Source of the DNA: a virus
Taxonomy: Duplodnaviria; Caudoviricetes
Direction: 5' to 3' (one strand)
Virus record (IMG/VR): IMGVR_UViG_3300029286_000055
Span: 1 to 51,775 of that record
Length of the DNA: 51,775 nucleotides
Numbering within the stretch: position 1 is the stretch's first letter; every line of letters starts with the position of its first letter. Both the position numbers and the translations under genes were made by a program. A model generated the notes under the pieces. It worked only from the letters and a program-made list of their open reading frames with translations. It did no database searches and was not told the origin of the DNA. Positions 35,763-44,151 of the stretch are shown here, one piece after another.

Positions 35763-36176
35763 ATGAAACCAGAAATGAAAATGTTAGTTGAGCAATTAAA
35801 ACGCCCAGAGCTTTGGGAGTTTGATGGATACAATCTTATCTTTAAAGAAACAAGAAAAAAGTTTTGGGTAGCGAATGGGTGGTTTTTCTTAGGGGATGGA
35901 ACCCCTGATAATTTTTCCCTATCTTTATTGGATAGGTGGCGTTTGTGGCCCCATGCGAAAGCGATGATAATAAGACTTAGTTTTTTCAGTAAGGGCTCCA
36001 ATTACTCTGAGATTACATTTGATCCGTCAAAGGATATGAAAAGGCCGATGCACAAACTTATTGATGAATACGCGGAAAAGTTTTGCGAAAAAGCAAATAA
36101 AGAAAATCAAGAGCATGAAAGAAAGTGTGAAGAGGCTGAAAAAATTGGCATTAATAAATTTAGTGGGGTAAGTTAA
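35763..36176 (+). CDS. Hypothetical protein
   Basis: 137-aa ORF, GGAG upstream. Confidence 0.6.
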   Translation: MKPEMKMLVEQLKRPELWEFDGYNLIFKETRKKFWVANGWFFLGDGTPDNFSLSLLDRWRLWPHAKAMIIRLSFFSKGSNYSEITFDPSKDMKRPMHKLIDEYAEKFCEKANKENQEHERKCEEAEKIGINKFSGVS

Positions 36177-36183
36177 TTTTTAC

Positions 36184-36217
36184 TTGCAAAAGGTAAATTA
36201 AATTTGTAAAACAATAT
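36184..36217 (+). promoter_or_regulatory. Putative promoter (TTGCAA-17-TAAAAC) with degenerate operator over -10
   Basis: AATTTGTAAAACAATAT at 36201-36217 matches the operator consensus 15/17. Confidence 0.5.
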
Positions 36218-36240
36218 TCTAATTACAAGAAAGGATTATC

Positions 36241-36480
36241 ATGAAAGCGATTGTTGTTATCGAAACAAAGGACGGAAAAGACTTCAATATCGGGTTTAAC
36301 TATGACGCCGAGGGAAGCAATCGAGGAATTAAATGCGCTGTCATGCAGCACATTATTAACGTAACGAGAGCCGCTGCCCTGCAAGCGATCGAGTACATCA
36401 ATAAGGGAAAGATTGTTCTTTGTCCCCCCGCATCTGTCCAAGATGAAATGATCAAAAAAGAAATGGAGCAAAAGCAATGA
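36241..36480 (+). CDS. Hypothetical protein
   Basis: AAAGGA RBS, 79 aa. Confidence 0.6.
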   Translation: MKAIVVIETKDGKDFNIGFNYDAEGSNRGIKCAVMQHIINVTRAAALQAIEYINKGKIVLCPPASVQDEMIKKEMEQKQ

Positions 36481-36947
36481 GTACACAATTAACCGAAGCC
36501 GTAAGTAATTGCGTAGCAGAACAACTAGACACGATAAAAGAGTTTGACGAGATTTGCCGTTGTTCAGCCGCATTGAGGGCAAAAAAAGATGAGTTAGACA
36601 AAGAAGTAAAGGACGTTTCTGAGCAGCTTGAAGAGTATAAGGCAAAAATTTTATCATATCTCGAACACTATGAAAAAACAAAGTACATTGCAGCAGGATA
36701 TACTTTCTACATTCAAGAAAGATTCCCCGTCAAGATGCCCCAAGACCTTGAGAAGAAAGAAACCTTTTTTAGTTTTCTTAAAGATCGAGGTATCTATAAT
36801 GAGCTTATCACCGTCAACTCTCAGACACTCAATTCGTTTTATTCTAAAGAAATGGAGAAAGCTATTGAAGAGGGAAACGTTGATTTTAAAGTCCCTGGGA
36901 TTGATGAACCAAAGGTAATTAAAAATGTAATGATGAGAAAAGCATAG
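36477..36947 (+). CDS. Hypothetical coiled-coil protein of the replication module
   Basis: N-terminal coiled coil; TVNSQTLNSF..VPGI pattern; upstream of the SSB-like gene. Confidence 0.65.
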   Translation: MSTQLTEAVSNCVAEQLDTIKEFDEICRCSAALRAKKDELDKEVKDVSEQLEEYKAKILSYLEHYEKTKYIAAGYTFYIQERFPVKMPQDLEKKETFFSFLKDRGIYNELITVNSQTLNSFYSKEMEKAIEEGNVDFKVPGIDEPKVIKNVMMRKA

Positions 36948-36988
36948 CCGATGGGTTTTAGAGGGTCTAAACCCCAGCCGCTATTTTT
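36944..36988 (+). terminator. Stem-loop / probable terminator
   Basis: ATAGC..TGGG..TAGA-GGG-TCTA..CCCA..GCTAT followed by a T run. Confidence 0.5.
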
Positions 36989-37006
36989 GATTAGAGGATA
37001 GTTAAA

Positions 37007-37798
37007 ATGAGTAAAGAGAAAAAAGAAAAGGTTGAAGAAAAAAAGGAAGTAGCCCTTGAGGTAAAAAAAGATGCCCAGGTTGCGCTCTATCAAGAGCTAA
37101 TGGACAAAACGCCGCTTGATTCCCGCGATTTCATTGTACCAAAGATTCTTTTGATGCAGGGAATGTCAGACGCTGTAACAAGTGAAAGAGCTGTCCCAGG
37201 TGAAATGAGGGATTCTATCGACAACAAGAAACTTGGAGACAAGACTAATCCGGTTGAGATTATCCCCTTCAAGATGTTCAAGTCATGGGTTATCTATAAA
37301 GAGGTAAACGGTAAAGATGAGTATGTTGAGCAAGTACCGTTTTCACCTGAAAACTCCGATTGGAAGTGGGAAGCTGTTGTTAATGGGGAAAAACTTAGAC
37401 GTGACCAGGCGATTAATTATTTCTGCCTTATCCCCTCTGAGATTAAAGAAGGAGTTTACTTTCCTTATCTCATGTCATTTAGGCGTACATCTTATTTTGC
37501 GGGAAGAAAACTTGAAACAGCTAGGGCAAAACTTCAGAAGTTTGGTAAGCCTGTTTCATCGAAAACGTTTCTTATCTCGGCCAATAAGACAGAAAACGAC
37601 AAAGGGGTATTCTATACATTTGATGTAACGATGGGTAGAAACTCTGAAGATATTGAACTCGCCGCCGTTAAGGTTTGGATGGAAGAAATGAAGCACCAAG
37701 CTATCAAGGTTGATGACAGCGATCTCAAAAAAGACACTGCCCCAGGACCCTCGGCCCCCGTATCGAATGAACCAATCAAGGGTGAGATTAATTTTTAA
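37007..37798 (+). CDS. Putative ssDNA-binding / annealing protein
   Basis: VPKILLMQGMS..PGE and NDKGVFY segments; flexible tail ending in Phe; polymerase module context. Confidence 0.55.
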   Translation: MSKEKKEKVEEKKEVALEVKKDAQVALYQELMDKTPLDSRDFIVPKILLMQGMSDAVTSERAVPGEMRDSIDNKKLGDKTNPVEIIPFKMFKSWVIYKEVNGKDEYVEQVPFSPENSDWKWEAVVNGEKLRRDQAINYFCLIPSEIKEGVYFPYLMSFRRTSYFAGRKLETARAKLQKFGKPVSSKTFLISANKTENDKGVFYTFDVTMGRNSEDIELAAVKVWMEEMKHQAIKVDDSDLKKDTAPGPSAPVSNEPIKGEINF

Positions 37799-38007
37799 TG
37801 TCTGAAGAAACCAAACGATCCCTAGTGCTAGGCACTAGGGTTAAGATCAAAAAAGAAAACTCCTGCTGGGACGGGCAAGAGGGCGTTATTGACGCGGTTT
37901 TCGAACCGCTTGGGAGTCGCCACTATTTTGGTGTCCATTTCAAAAAACAAAATCGGGTGATTTGCTTTTCACCCAAACATCTTGAGGTTATTTATAATGT
38001 TACCTAA
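37798..38007 (+). CDS. Small KOW/SH3-like protein
   Basis: GTRVKIK..DGQEGVIDAV. Confidence 0.5.
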   Translation: MSEETKRSLVLGTRVKIKKENSCWDGQEGVIDAVFEPLGSRHYFGVHFKKQNRVICFSPKHLEVIYNVT

Positions 38008-38167
38008 AGACGCTGTGCAGTATACTTGCCCATTCATAAAGCAGCACTGCATAAATATTAAATGTATGCTTTGGGTTAATCATTCAAACGGGCGGGGGTG
38101 CTGCATATTTTACGAACTAACAGAGCTTTCTCATGCAATTTTAACTGGAGTAAAAAATAATGACTGA
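37997..38167 (+). CDS. Small Cys-rich hypothetical protein
   Basis: CPF..C..C..CC; GAGG RBS before the ATG at 37997. Confidence 0.5.
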   Translation: MLPKDAVQYTCPFIKQHCINIKCMLWVNHSNGRGCCIFYELTELSHAILTGVKNND

Positions 38168-38939
38168 TACCGAGTACCTATCAAACTGCCAGCAAGAAAA
38201 TATCCCCGATATTGGCCCCACGTATCTTTTAGGCATTGACTTCGAAACTACGGGAACAGACTTAGAGAACGACAATATAATTGAAGTTGGCCTAGTTCTA
38301 TTTGATTGGGATAAGAAAAAACCAATTGTCGTGAAAGATTTTTTTATTGATTGGTCTGCCTATCCGTTCAAAATTTCAAAAGAGATAAGCGATCTCACTG
38401 GAATTTATGACGTGTACCTTTCAACATTCGGAGTAATCCCAGAGGAAGCCCTTAGAGAAATCAAAACCATGATGACTTTTGCAAAGTACATTGTGGCGTA
38501 TAACGGTAATGAATTTGATAAACCCATGCTTATTAATAACGGCAAACGTTTTGCCTTCGATTTTAGTGGAAGACACTGGCTTGACGTGATGACAGATATC
38601 GACTACCCCGAAAGCATCGACACAAGAAAGCTAGAGTTTTTAGCGGCAAAGCATGGCTTCCTGAATCCCTTTGCTCATCGCGCTGTGTTCGATGTTTTGA
38701 CCATGTTCAAAATAATGTCTCAGTATGACCTTGATAAAATAGTAGAGCTTGCAAAAACCCCAATGATAGAGATAAGAGCTAATGTGAACTATGATGATAG
38801 AGAAAAAGCAAAAAAACTAAAATATCAATGGGATGGGACGAGGAAGCTATGGACAAAAAAGGTAAAAGAAATATTCATAAAAATAGAAGAGGAAAAAGCA
38901 AGCGTGTTGGGCGTCCGAGTGTCGCGCTTGGGCGTGTAG
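38160..38939 (+). CDS. DEDDh 3'-5' exonuclease (DnaQ-like)
   Basis: IDFETTG, AYNGNEFD, AHRAVFD. Confidence 0.9.
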   Translation: MTDTEYLSNCQQENIPDIGPTYLLGIDFETTGTDLENDNIIEVGLVLFDWDKKKPIVVKDFFIDWSAYPFKISKEISDLTGIYDVYLSTFGVIPEEALREIKTMMTFAKYIVAYNGNEFDKPMLINNGKRFAFDFSGRHWLDVMTDIDYPESIDTRKLEFLAAKHGFLNPFAHRAVFDVLTMFKIMSQYDLDKIVELAKTPMIEIRANVNYDDREKAKKLKYQWDGTRKLWTKKVKEIFIKIEEEKASVLGVRVSRLGV

Positions 38940-39136
38940 GAAATTGGTATAAGCCAGCGGGGAAAGTTATGTTATCCATTCGGATTGATAAAGAGGTAAA
39001 GAAAAATATTTCCCTACTTGCGAAAAGTACGGGGACAACCGTTTCAACCATTGTTATAAAGCTTTTAAGCATGTGTTTTTCAAACAAGAGTAACGTAGAA
39101 AGGTCAATAAAAAAGTATGTTAGTAACCCGCGATAA
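38828..39136 (+). CDS. Putative ribbon-helix-helix DNA-binding protein (true start probably downstream)
   Basis: MLSIRIDKEVKKNISLLAKSTGTTVSTIV. Confidence 0.55.
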   Translation: MGWDEEAMDKKGKRNIHKNRRGKSKRVGRPSVALGRVGNWYKPAGKVMLSIRIDKEVKKNISLLAKSTGTTVSTIVIKLLSMCFSNKSNVERSIKKYVSNPR

Positions 39137-40919
39137 TTATGATCAGGTTTTAAAAGAGCTTTCTTTATGTCAAATGTTTGCTCTTGATACTGAGACAACG
39201 GGCCTCGATATCCATAGGGGCGACAAGCTCTTTGCTATCATAATTAGAACATACAATAATGTTTATTATTTCAACTTCAAACAATATGAACTTTCCCTTT
39301 CTTCCGACGAAGTACTTGGCGATTTTCACCTAGTAATGCTTCAACAAATCTTCGACAACGAAAACGCCACGTGGTTTATCCACAACGCTAAATTTGATAT
39401 GGCAGCCCTTGGAAACGAGAGCCTTGAAATAAAAGGGCGCGTTCATTGCACCGCTGCAATCCATAGGGTCATTAGAAATGATCTTATGAATTATGAACTA
39501 GAAACACTTGCCAAAGTTGTTGGGATGAAAAAATCAAAAGAGGTTGACCAATACATAAAAGACTATGGCCTCGTTACTGTCGAATGGATAGAAGGAAAAA
39601 AACTAGAGCGTAAGCACTTTGATAAAGTACCGTTCGAAATCATGCATCAATATGCGTGTATGGACGTTAGCATCTGTTGGACGCTTGGCCTCTATCAACT
39701 AAAAGAACTTGAAAGGTTAGATCAGGAAAAACCCCAGGGGCTTCCTTCTATACTTGGCGTGTACTATAACGAATGCGAAGTCACAAAGGTTTGCTACCAA
39801 ATGGAGAGGCTTGGGGCCCTTGTTGATATACCCTACTCCAAAAAAGCCCTGGAAGCCGAGCGTATAAATGCAAGTAATACAGAGAAAGAATTCTATAGAC
39901 TAACTGACATAACTTTTTGTGACTCTGCAAAAGTGTTTGTTGAAGCGTTCACAAAGCTTGGGTTAAAATATGGAACCACAGAAAAGGGGAACCCCTCTTT
40001 TAAAGAAGACATACTAGAAAAAATTGATCATCCGATAGCCCAGGTTATTTTAGATTACCGCGCTGCGAATAAGAAGGCTTCGACCCACTATGCAAATTTT
40101 ATTTATTACGCCGATAAGTGGGGGCGCATTCATGCGAATCTAAAACAGTTTGGAACAAACACTGGTCGAATAAGTTGCGCCGCGCCAAATTTCCAAAACC
40201 TCAATAAAGAAGAGGACGTTGAAGAAGAGCTTTTAGTTCGTAGGGCGTTTGTTCCAACCCCAGGGTTTTTGTACGCCATGATTGACTATGATCAAATGGA
40301 GTACCGTCTTTTACTTGAGAGCTGCAAGGAAATGAATGTCATAGATAAAATATTATATGACAAGCTTGACGTGCATGAAGCCACGGCCCGCATGATGGGG
40401 GTTACAAGAGACAGAGCAAAGACGTTAAACTTCATGCTTTTATATGGGGGCGGGATTATAAAGCTTGCGAAGATGTTAAAAATATCTTCAGACGAAGCGG
40501 CTAGGGTAAAAAGAAAATACTTTGACAGCCTTCCAAATGTTTGCAGCTACACTCGAAGAATTATCGAAAAGGCTGGGCTGCAAGGAAAAGTTCGAAATTG
40601 GTTTGGAAGAGTTTGTCATTGCCGCGATAAGAATTTTGCTTACACTCTTGTTGATCATTTAATCCAAGGGGGATGTGCTGACGTTGTTAAGATCGCAATG
40701 GTTAGGCTTTTTAAATTCTTGGAACCCTACAAATCAAGAATGGTTTTACAAGTACATGATGAGATTCTTTTTGAAATACACGAAAGTGAGATTTCAATTA
40801 TTCCAAAACTTCAAGAAATAATGTCGAGCGTTTTTCCATATTCAAAACTGCCGTTAACATGCTCAGTATCTCATTCTCGAAAAAGCTGGGCAGATAAAGT
40901 GAAGGGGCTACCTACATGA
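39117..40919 (+). CDS. polA: DNA polymerase family A with 3'-5' exonuclease domain
   Basis: DTETTG, HNAKFD; motifs DYDQMEYR, RDRAKTLNFMLLYG, QVHDE. Confidence 0.95.
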   Translation: MLVTRDNYDQVLKELSLCQMFALDTETTGLDIHRGDKLFAIIIRTYNNVYYFNFKQYELSLSSDEVLGDFHLVMLQQIFDNENATWFIHNAKFDMAALGNESLEIKGRVHCTAAIHRVIRNDLMNYELETLAKVVGMKKSKEVDQYIKDYGLVTVEWIEGKKLERKHFDKVPFEIMHQYACMDVSICWTLGLYQLKELERLDQEKPQGLPSILGVYYNECEVTKVCYQMERLGALVDIPYSKKALEAERINASNTEKEFYRLTDITFCDSAKVFVEAFTKLGLKYGTTEKGNPSFKEDILEKIDHPIAQVILDYRAANKKASTHYANFIYYADKWGRIHANLKQFGTNTGRISCAAPNFQNLNKEEDVEEELLVRRAFVPTPGFLYAMIDYDQMEYRLLLESCKEMNVIDKILYDKLDVHEATARMMGVTRDRAKTLNFMLLYGGGIIKLAKMLKISSDEAARVKRKYFDSLPNVCSYTRRIIEKAGLQGKVRNWFGRVCHCRDKNFAYTLVDHLIQGGCADVVKIAMVRLFKFLEPYKSRMVLQVHDEILFEIHESEISIIPKLQEIMSSVFPYSKLPLTCSVSHSRKSWADKVKGLPT

Positions 40920-41125
40920 AGTATTTTTTTAAAGTACCAATTTTTTGTTACGCTATTGGCTATGTTGAGGCCGCAAATGCTAATGAGGCTTTTGAGAAAG
41001 CAAAAGAAGAGACACTTTTAGGACCACATATATGCACATGTTGCTCTGCGGATATTGAATTTTCCTCTGTAAACAAAGAGGGTGAGGTAATATTAAGACC
41101 AATTACAATAGGGGAGGATACCTGA
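40916..41125 (+). CDS. Hypothetical protein
   Basis: 69 aa; ATGA overlap with the polymerase; CTCC. Confidence 0.55.
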   Translation: MKYFFKVPIFCYAIGYVEAANANEAFEKAKEETLLGPHICTCCSADIEFSSVNKEGEVILRPITIGEDT

Positions 41126-41418
41126 TGACAAAATCAAGTAACGAGAGGGTACATAATAGGGCGCGGAAACTGAAGATTAAGAATAAAGAATTTATTCGGA
41201 AAGTCGAAGCTAAGATATTAGAGCAACGTGATGAGAGAATCAACAAAATTGTTTTCGGACAATTCGAAGATACCCCTGCTCTGATAAGAACACCCAAAGA
41301 AAATACGGGGGTTAGCTCTCTTATACCCAGCGATGAAAAAGAAGAGTCAAAGGATAATGTAACTTTTATAGGCAAATTCAAAAAGACGGTTAAGGAGAAA
41401 CTTGGCAAAGCAAGCTGA
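41125..41418 (+). CDS. Hypothetical basic protein
   Basis: GGAGG RBS, 97 aa. Confidence 0.6.
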   Translation: MTKSSNERVHNRARKLKIKNKEFIRKVEAKILEQRDERINKIVFGQFEDTPALIRTPKENTGVSSLIPSDEKEESKDNVTFIGKFKKTVKEKLGKAS

Positions 41419-41716
41419 AACAAAATTTAAAGAGCGGGTTATCGCCGATCTAAGGACGCTCCAAGGTACTTGGTTTTTCAAAACCCAAGAGGTATCGCTT
41501 CATGGAATCCCCGATCTTATAATCTGTATTTGGGGGCTTTTTATTGCAATCGAGCTAAAGAGAGGCAAAAAAGAAAGACCCGACAATATTCAGAGTTACA
41601 CTCTTGGGCAGATAAGAAAAAAAGCACATGGAGTTACTTATGTTGCCTTCCCAGAGAATTGGGACGAGATTTTCGAAGAGCTTAAAAATATGGCAGATTT
41701 TACAGAGGTAGCGTAA
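41402..41716 (+). CDS. VRR-NUC / PD-(D/E)xK nuclease (candidate resolvase)
   Basis: E..GIPDLI..FIAIELK..Q. Confidence 0.85.
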   Translation: MAKQAETKFKERVIADLRTLQGTWFFKTQEVSLHGIPDLIICIWGLFIAIELKRGKKERPDNIQSYTLGQIRKKAHGVTYVAFPENWDEIFEELKNMADFTEVA

Positions 41717-41721
41717 TCTTT

Positions 41722-41925
41722 CTAAGTTTTTTTGATTTTAATTCTTTGTTGCACTTCAATTGATTCTAGTTCCCCGAAAATTATTTCTTGATCTTTACCC
41801 TTACCCATGAGGGTTAGGTATTTTTCAATATCAATCCTACTTTCAAACTGTTGCACGTTAGAGGCTATAAAATACTTTCTTTTTATTTTGTAAATTCTTT
41901 TCTTTTTTTCGTTCATTTCTTTCAT
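41722..41925 (-). CDS. Hypothetical small basic protein
   Basis: 67-aa ORF starting just past the operator at 41937; no clear RBS. Confidence 0.4.
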   Translation of the reverse strand: MKEMNEKKKRIYKIKRKYFIASNVQQFESRIDIEKYLTLMGKGKDQEIIFGELESIEVQQRIKIKKT

Positions 41926-41932
41926 TCTTTTC

Positions 41933-41961
41933 TTGTATATTGTTAAACAAAATGCTAGCTT
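41933..41961. promoter_or_regulatory. 17-bp operator copy within a possible TTGTAT-17-TAGCTT promoter
   Basis: ATATTGTTAAACAAAAT at 41937-41953, identical to 25887-25903. Confidence 0.55.
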
Positions 41962-42278
41962 AAAAAGTATACAAGAAAGGTACGAAGTAAAAAAGGGGCA
42001 TTAATTTTTTCTTAGAAAGGGCGAGTCGATGGAATCCCAGGGTCATTTTAAAATGCTTTGTCTTTGCATCTCAGCCTTGATAATTATTTCAGGTGGTTAT
42101 ATTATCAATCTTAGAAAATCACCTACAAAAAATAGCAAGGGATTGAGGGGAAGCCTTTTACAGGAAAGTCCTAAAGGGGTCAATAAACCCCTCTACCTAA
42201 ATCCAATAAAAATTATTGCATCTCTTCGAAAGCTAAAGTAATATTTTGCTTACCGCAAGATTTTGGTGAGAGAATGAT

Positions 42279-42317
42279 AAACCCAGGGGGGCTTGGGACT
42301 AAGCCGAGAACCCTGGG
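42279..42317 (-). terminator. Stem-loop ending the lysis operon
   Basis: CCCAGGG..GGCTT/AAGCC..CCCTGGG just after the stop at 42332. Confidence 0.55.
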
Positions 42318-42331
42318 CAGTTGGCTGGCCG

Positions 42332-42685
42332 TTATTGATTGTTGTGACCTACCATATAGCCTAACATACTTCCGACCATAAGAGAAAAAATCACGCCCCC
42401 AATGATAATCGAGGGCTCTTGATAAAAGGAAGTTTCCTCTTTCTTTTCAAAGTTTTCCTCTGCGAACTCTTTATAAAGCTCTAATTCAACTTGGCAATCT
42501 TCCCCATCCCTTATCTCTTCGCTCATCACTGATAGCTCTTCATCCGAGAAGCAATGAAGATCATCAAGGATAACGTCGTATCTTTTTCCTGAAAAGTAAT
42601 CTTCGAGGGGTTTAGGGCTTTGGGCCTCTAAGTTTTTTGGTAAGAAGGCGGCCAATAACAGTAAGGTGAGAATCCTTTTTTTCAT
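42332..42685 (-). CDS. Exported protein with C-terminal TM helix (candidate spanin-like lysis accessory)
   Basis: Signal-like N-terminus, acidic middle, C-terminal IIIGGVIFSLMVGSMLGYMV. Confidence 0.55.
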   Translation of the reverse strand: MKKRILTLLLLAAFLPKNLEAQSPKPLEDYFSGKRYDVILDDLHCFSDEELSVMSEEIRDGEDCQVELELYKEFAEENFEKKEETSFYQEPSIIIGGVIFSLMVGSMLGYMVGHNNQ

Positions 42686-42908
42686 TTAGAGCCCTTTCTA
42701 AAGTCTTATTTTGTATTTTCGAAAGCTCTAATTTGCCTTTTAGTGCGTTGTTTTTGTTTCTTAGATAGTTTCCCCACGCCACTAGAAAGGCTGGCAGTAG
42801 CATCTCTAAGACGCTTAGAAACTTAATAGCGGCCTGAAGTACCGTAAGGCTACCTTTGGCCGCTTCTTTGATTGGTTCGTCGCTCATTAAACCCCTGGTT
42901 TCATCCAC
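42612..42908 (-). CDS. Membrane protein with short coiled coil (candidate i-spanin-like)
   Basis: Hydrophobic segment then basic coiled coil; in the lysis cassette; start probably MSDEP (42887). Confidence 0.45.
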   Translation of the reverse strand: MDETRGLMSDEPIKEAAKGSLTVLQAAIKFLSVLEMLLPAFLVAWGNYLRNKNNALKGKLELSKIQNKTLERALNEKKDSHLTVIGRLLTKKLRGPKP

Positions 42909-43264
42909 GTTGGAACCGAGAAGCCAAAATATCCGAAAGCTTTAGCCACGGTTGCAAGAATGGCGTACATGACTTTGGCAAAGCCCCCCATGTTTTCCTT
43001 TTTGAATATCTTAGCAAGCCAGTATAGCACGTCGCTTAGTCCTCGAAGAATGAAGCTAATACCAATAAAAAGGCCAACAATGGCCCCAACCAAGGTTTTG
43101 TAATCCGTAGGAATGGGCAGGGCCCCGATTGCCCCAGAGATATCGCTGGGAAGCGTGGGGGCTACTTCCTGCGATAAAACGATATCCGAGCAAATAACGG
43201 TAAGACCCGCGACAACCATAAGCACGAACATGATCGACCAATTTTCTCTAAAAAACTTTGTCAT
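42887..43264 (-). CDS. Putative holin
   Basis: Three hydrophobic segments; adjacent to the endolysin. Confidence 0.6.
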   Translation of the reverse strand: MTKFFRENWSIMFVLMVVAGLTVICSDIVLSQEVAPTLPSDISGAIGALPIPTDYKTLVGAIVGLFIGISFILRGLSDVLYWLAKIFKKENMGGFAKVMYAILATVAKAFGYFGFSVPTWMKPGV

Positions 43265-43279
43265 AAATCCATCCTTTCG

Positions 43280-43816
43280 TTAATGAGGTACTGTACTAAG
43301 TATTCTACGGTAATCGAATGTTATGGGCAAATTCTTTGGAATCTCGTATCCACAAAATAACCCATAGTAATCACTAGCTTTTGTCCCTAAAGCGTCCTCG
43401 CCATCAACCCCCCGCTGGAATTTCGCGAAGCCCCCAGGCCCTAAAAGGTGCATGACTGCGATCGCCCCACTCACCTTTTCAGTGTCGAGAAGTGGGTAAT
43501 GGGCCTCTACAATTTTCATGAGCCTTCCCACATGGCAATCAAAAAGAACATCTTGAAGAGTTGGGTGGGTGAGAAAAACGCTTTCCGTTATTCCTGGGAA
43601 CCAATAAAACTTGGGCCCATCTTTTCTCATGAGGCCAAAATCACAAAGCCTTGCTTTACCAAACTGCCACATTCCAAGATATCCGAACTTATTAACGCAT
43701 GTGTAACAGCTTCCGCTTTCTCTTTTTCCGAGGTCCTTTTTAAAATCATCGTATGATTTCATTTGTCTGGGGCTCCCGTAAGCCTTGCTTTCCTTCCATG
43801 ATTCGGAAGGCTGCAT
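43280..43816 (-). CDS. Endolysin, lysozyme-like fold (start possibly 43762)
   Basis: LGKRES..VNKFGYLGMWQFG with candidate catalytic Glu; HLLGPGG. Confidence 0.75.
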   Translation of the reverse strand: MQPSESWKESKAYGSPRQMKSYDDFKKDLGKRESGSCYTCVNKFGYLGMWQFGKARLCDFGLMRKDGPKFYWFPGITESVFLTHPTLQDVLFDCHVGRLMKIVEAHYPLLDTEKVSGAIAVMHLLGPGGFAKFQRGVDGEDALGTKASDYYGLFCGYEIPKNLPITFDYRRILSTVPH

Positions 43817-44063
43817 CGGCCTTAGAGTTTGCTTTGGTGATATCTTCTCTTAATAATTTATCTCGTTCGTCGATTCTTTTTAACTCTAGTGAGAAAGATT
43901 TCTGTAAGACAGCAATATCAATGATACATTTATTTAGCTTGGCTGCCTTAAAGCGAAGTCCTTTGAAAGCATGGGAAAGGATTACCCCCGCAATTGTTCC
44001 GATTATGGCAAATAAACCATTGATTATTGAGGGGGGAAGGGTTGCGAAGTCGAACATAAACAC
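43746..44063 (-). CDS. Single-TM coiled-coil protein (holin/antiholin-like)
   Basis: N-terminal TM IINGLFAIIGTIAGVIL; upstream of the endolysin. Confidence 0.55.
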   Translation of the reverse strand: MFMFDFATLPPSIINGLFAIIGTIAGVILSHAFKGLRFKAAKLNKCIIDIAVLQKSFSLELKRIDERDKLLREDITKANSKADAAFRIMEGKQGLREPQTNEIIR

Positions 44064-44105
44064 CTCATTTTTGGATCCAAATGTCTACTAAATTAGGGTG
44101 TATAT

Positions 44106-44145
44106 TTTAGGGTAAGCCTATAGTGTAGCCCTCACTTACCCTAAA
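44106..44145. terminator. Inverted repeat between the lipoprotein and the lysis cassette
   Basis: TTTAGGGTAAG..CTTACCCTAAA 11-bp stem. Confidence 0.5.
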
Positions 44146-44151
44146 TAAAGG

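Noticed and set aside
42029-42241. 70-aa plus-strand ORF with a hydrophobic segment
   Set aside because: Isolated, with no motif; cannot be distinguished from chance (covered in the junction finding)
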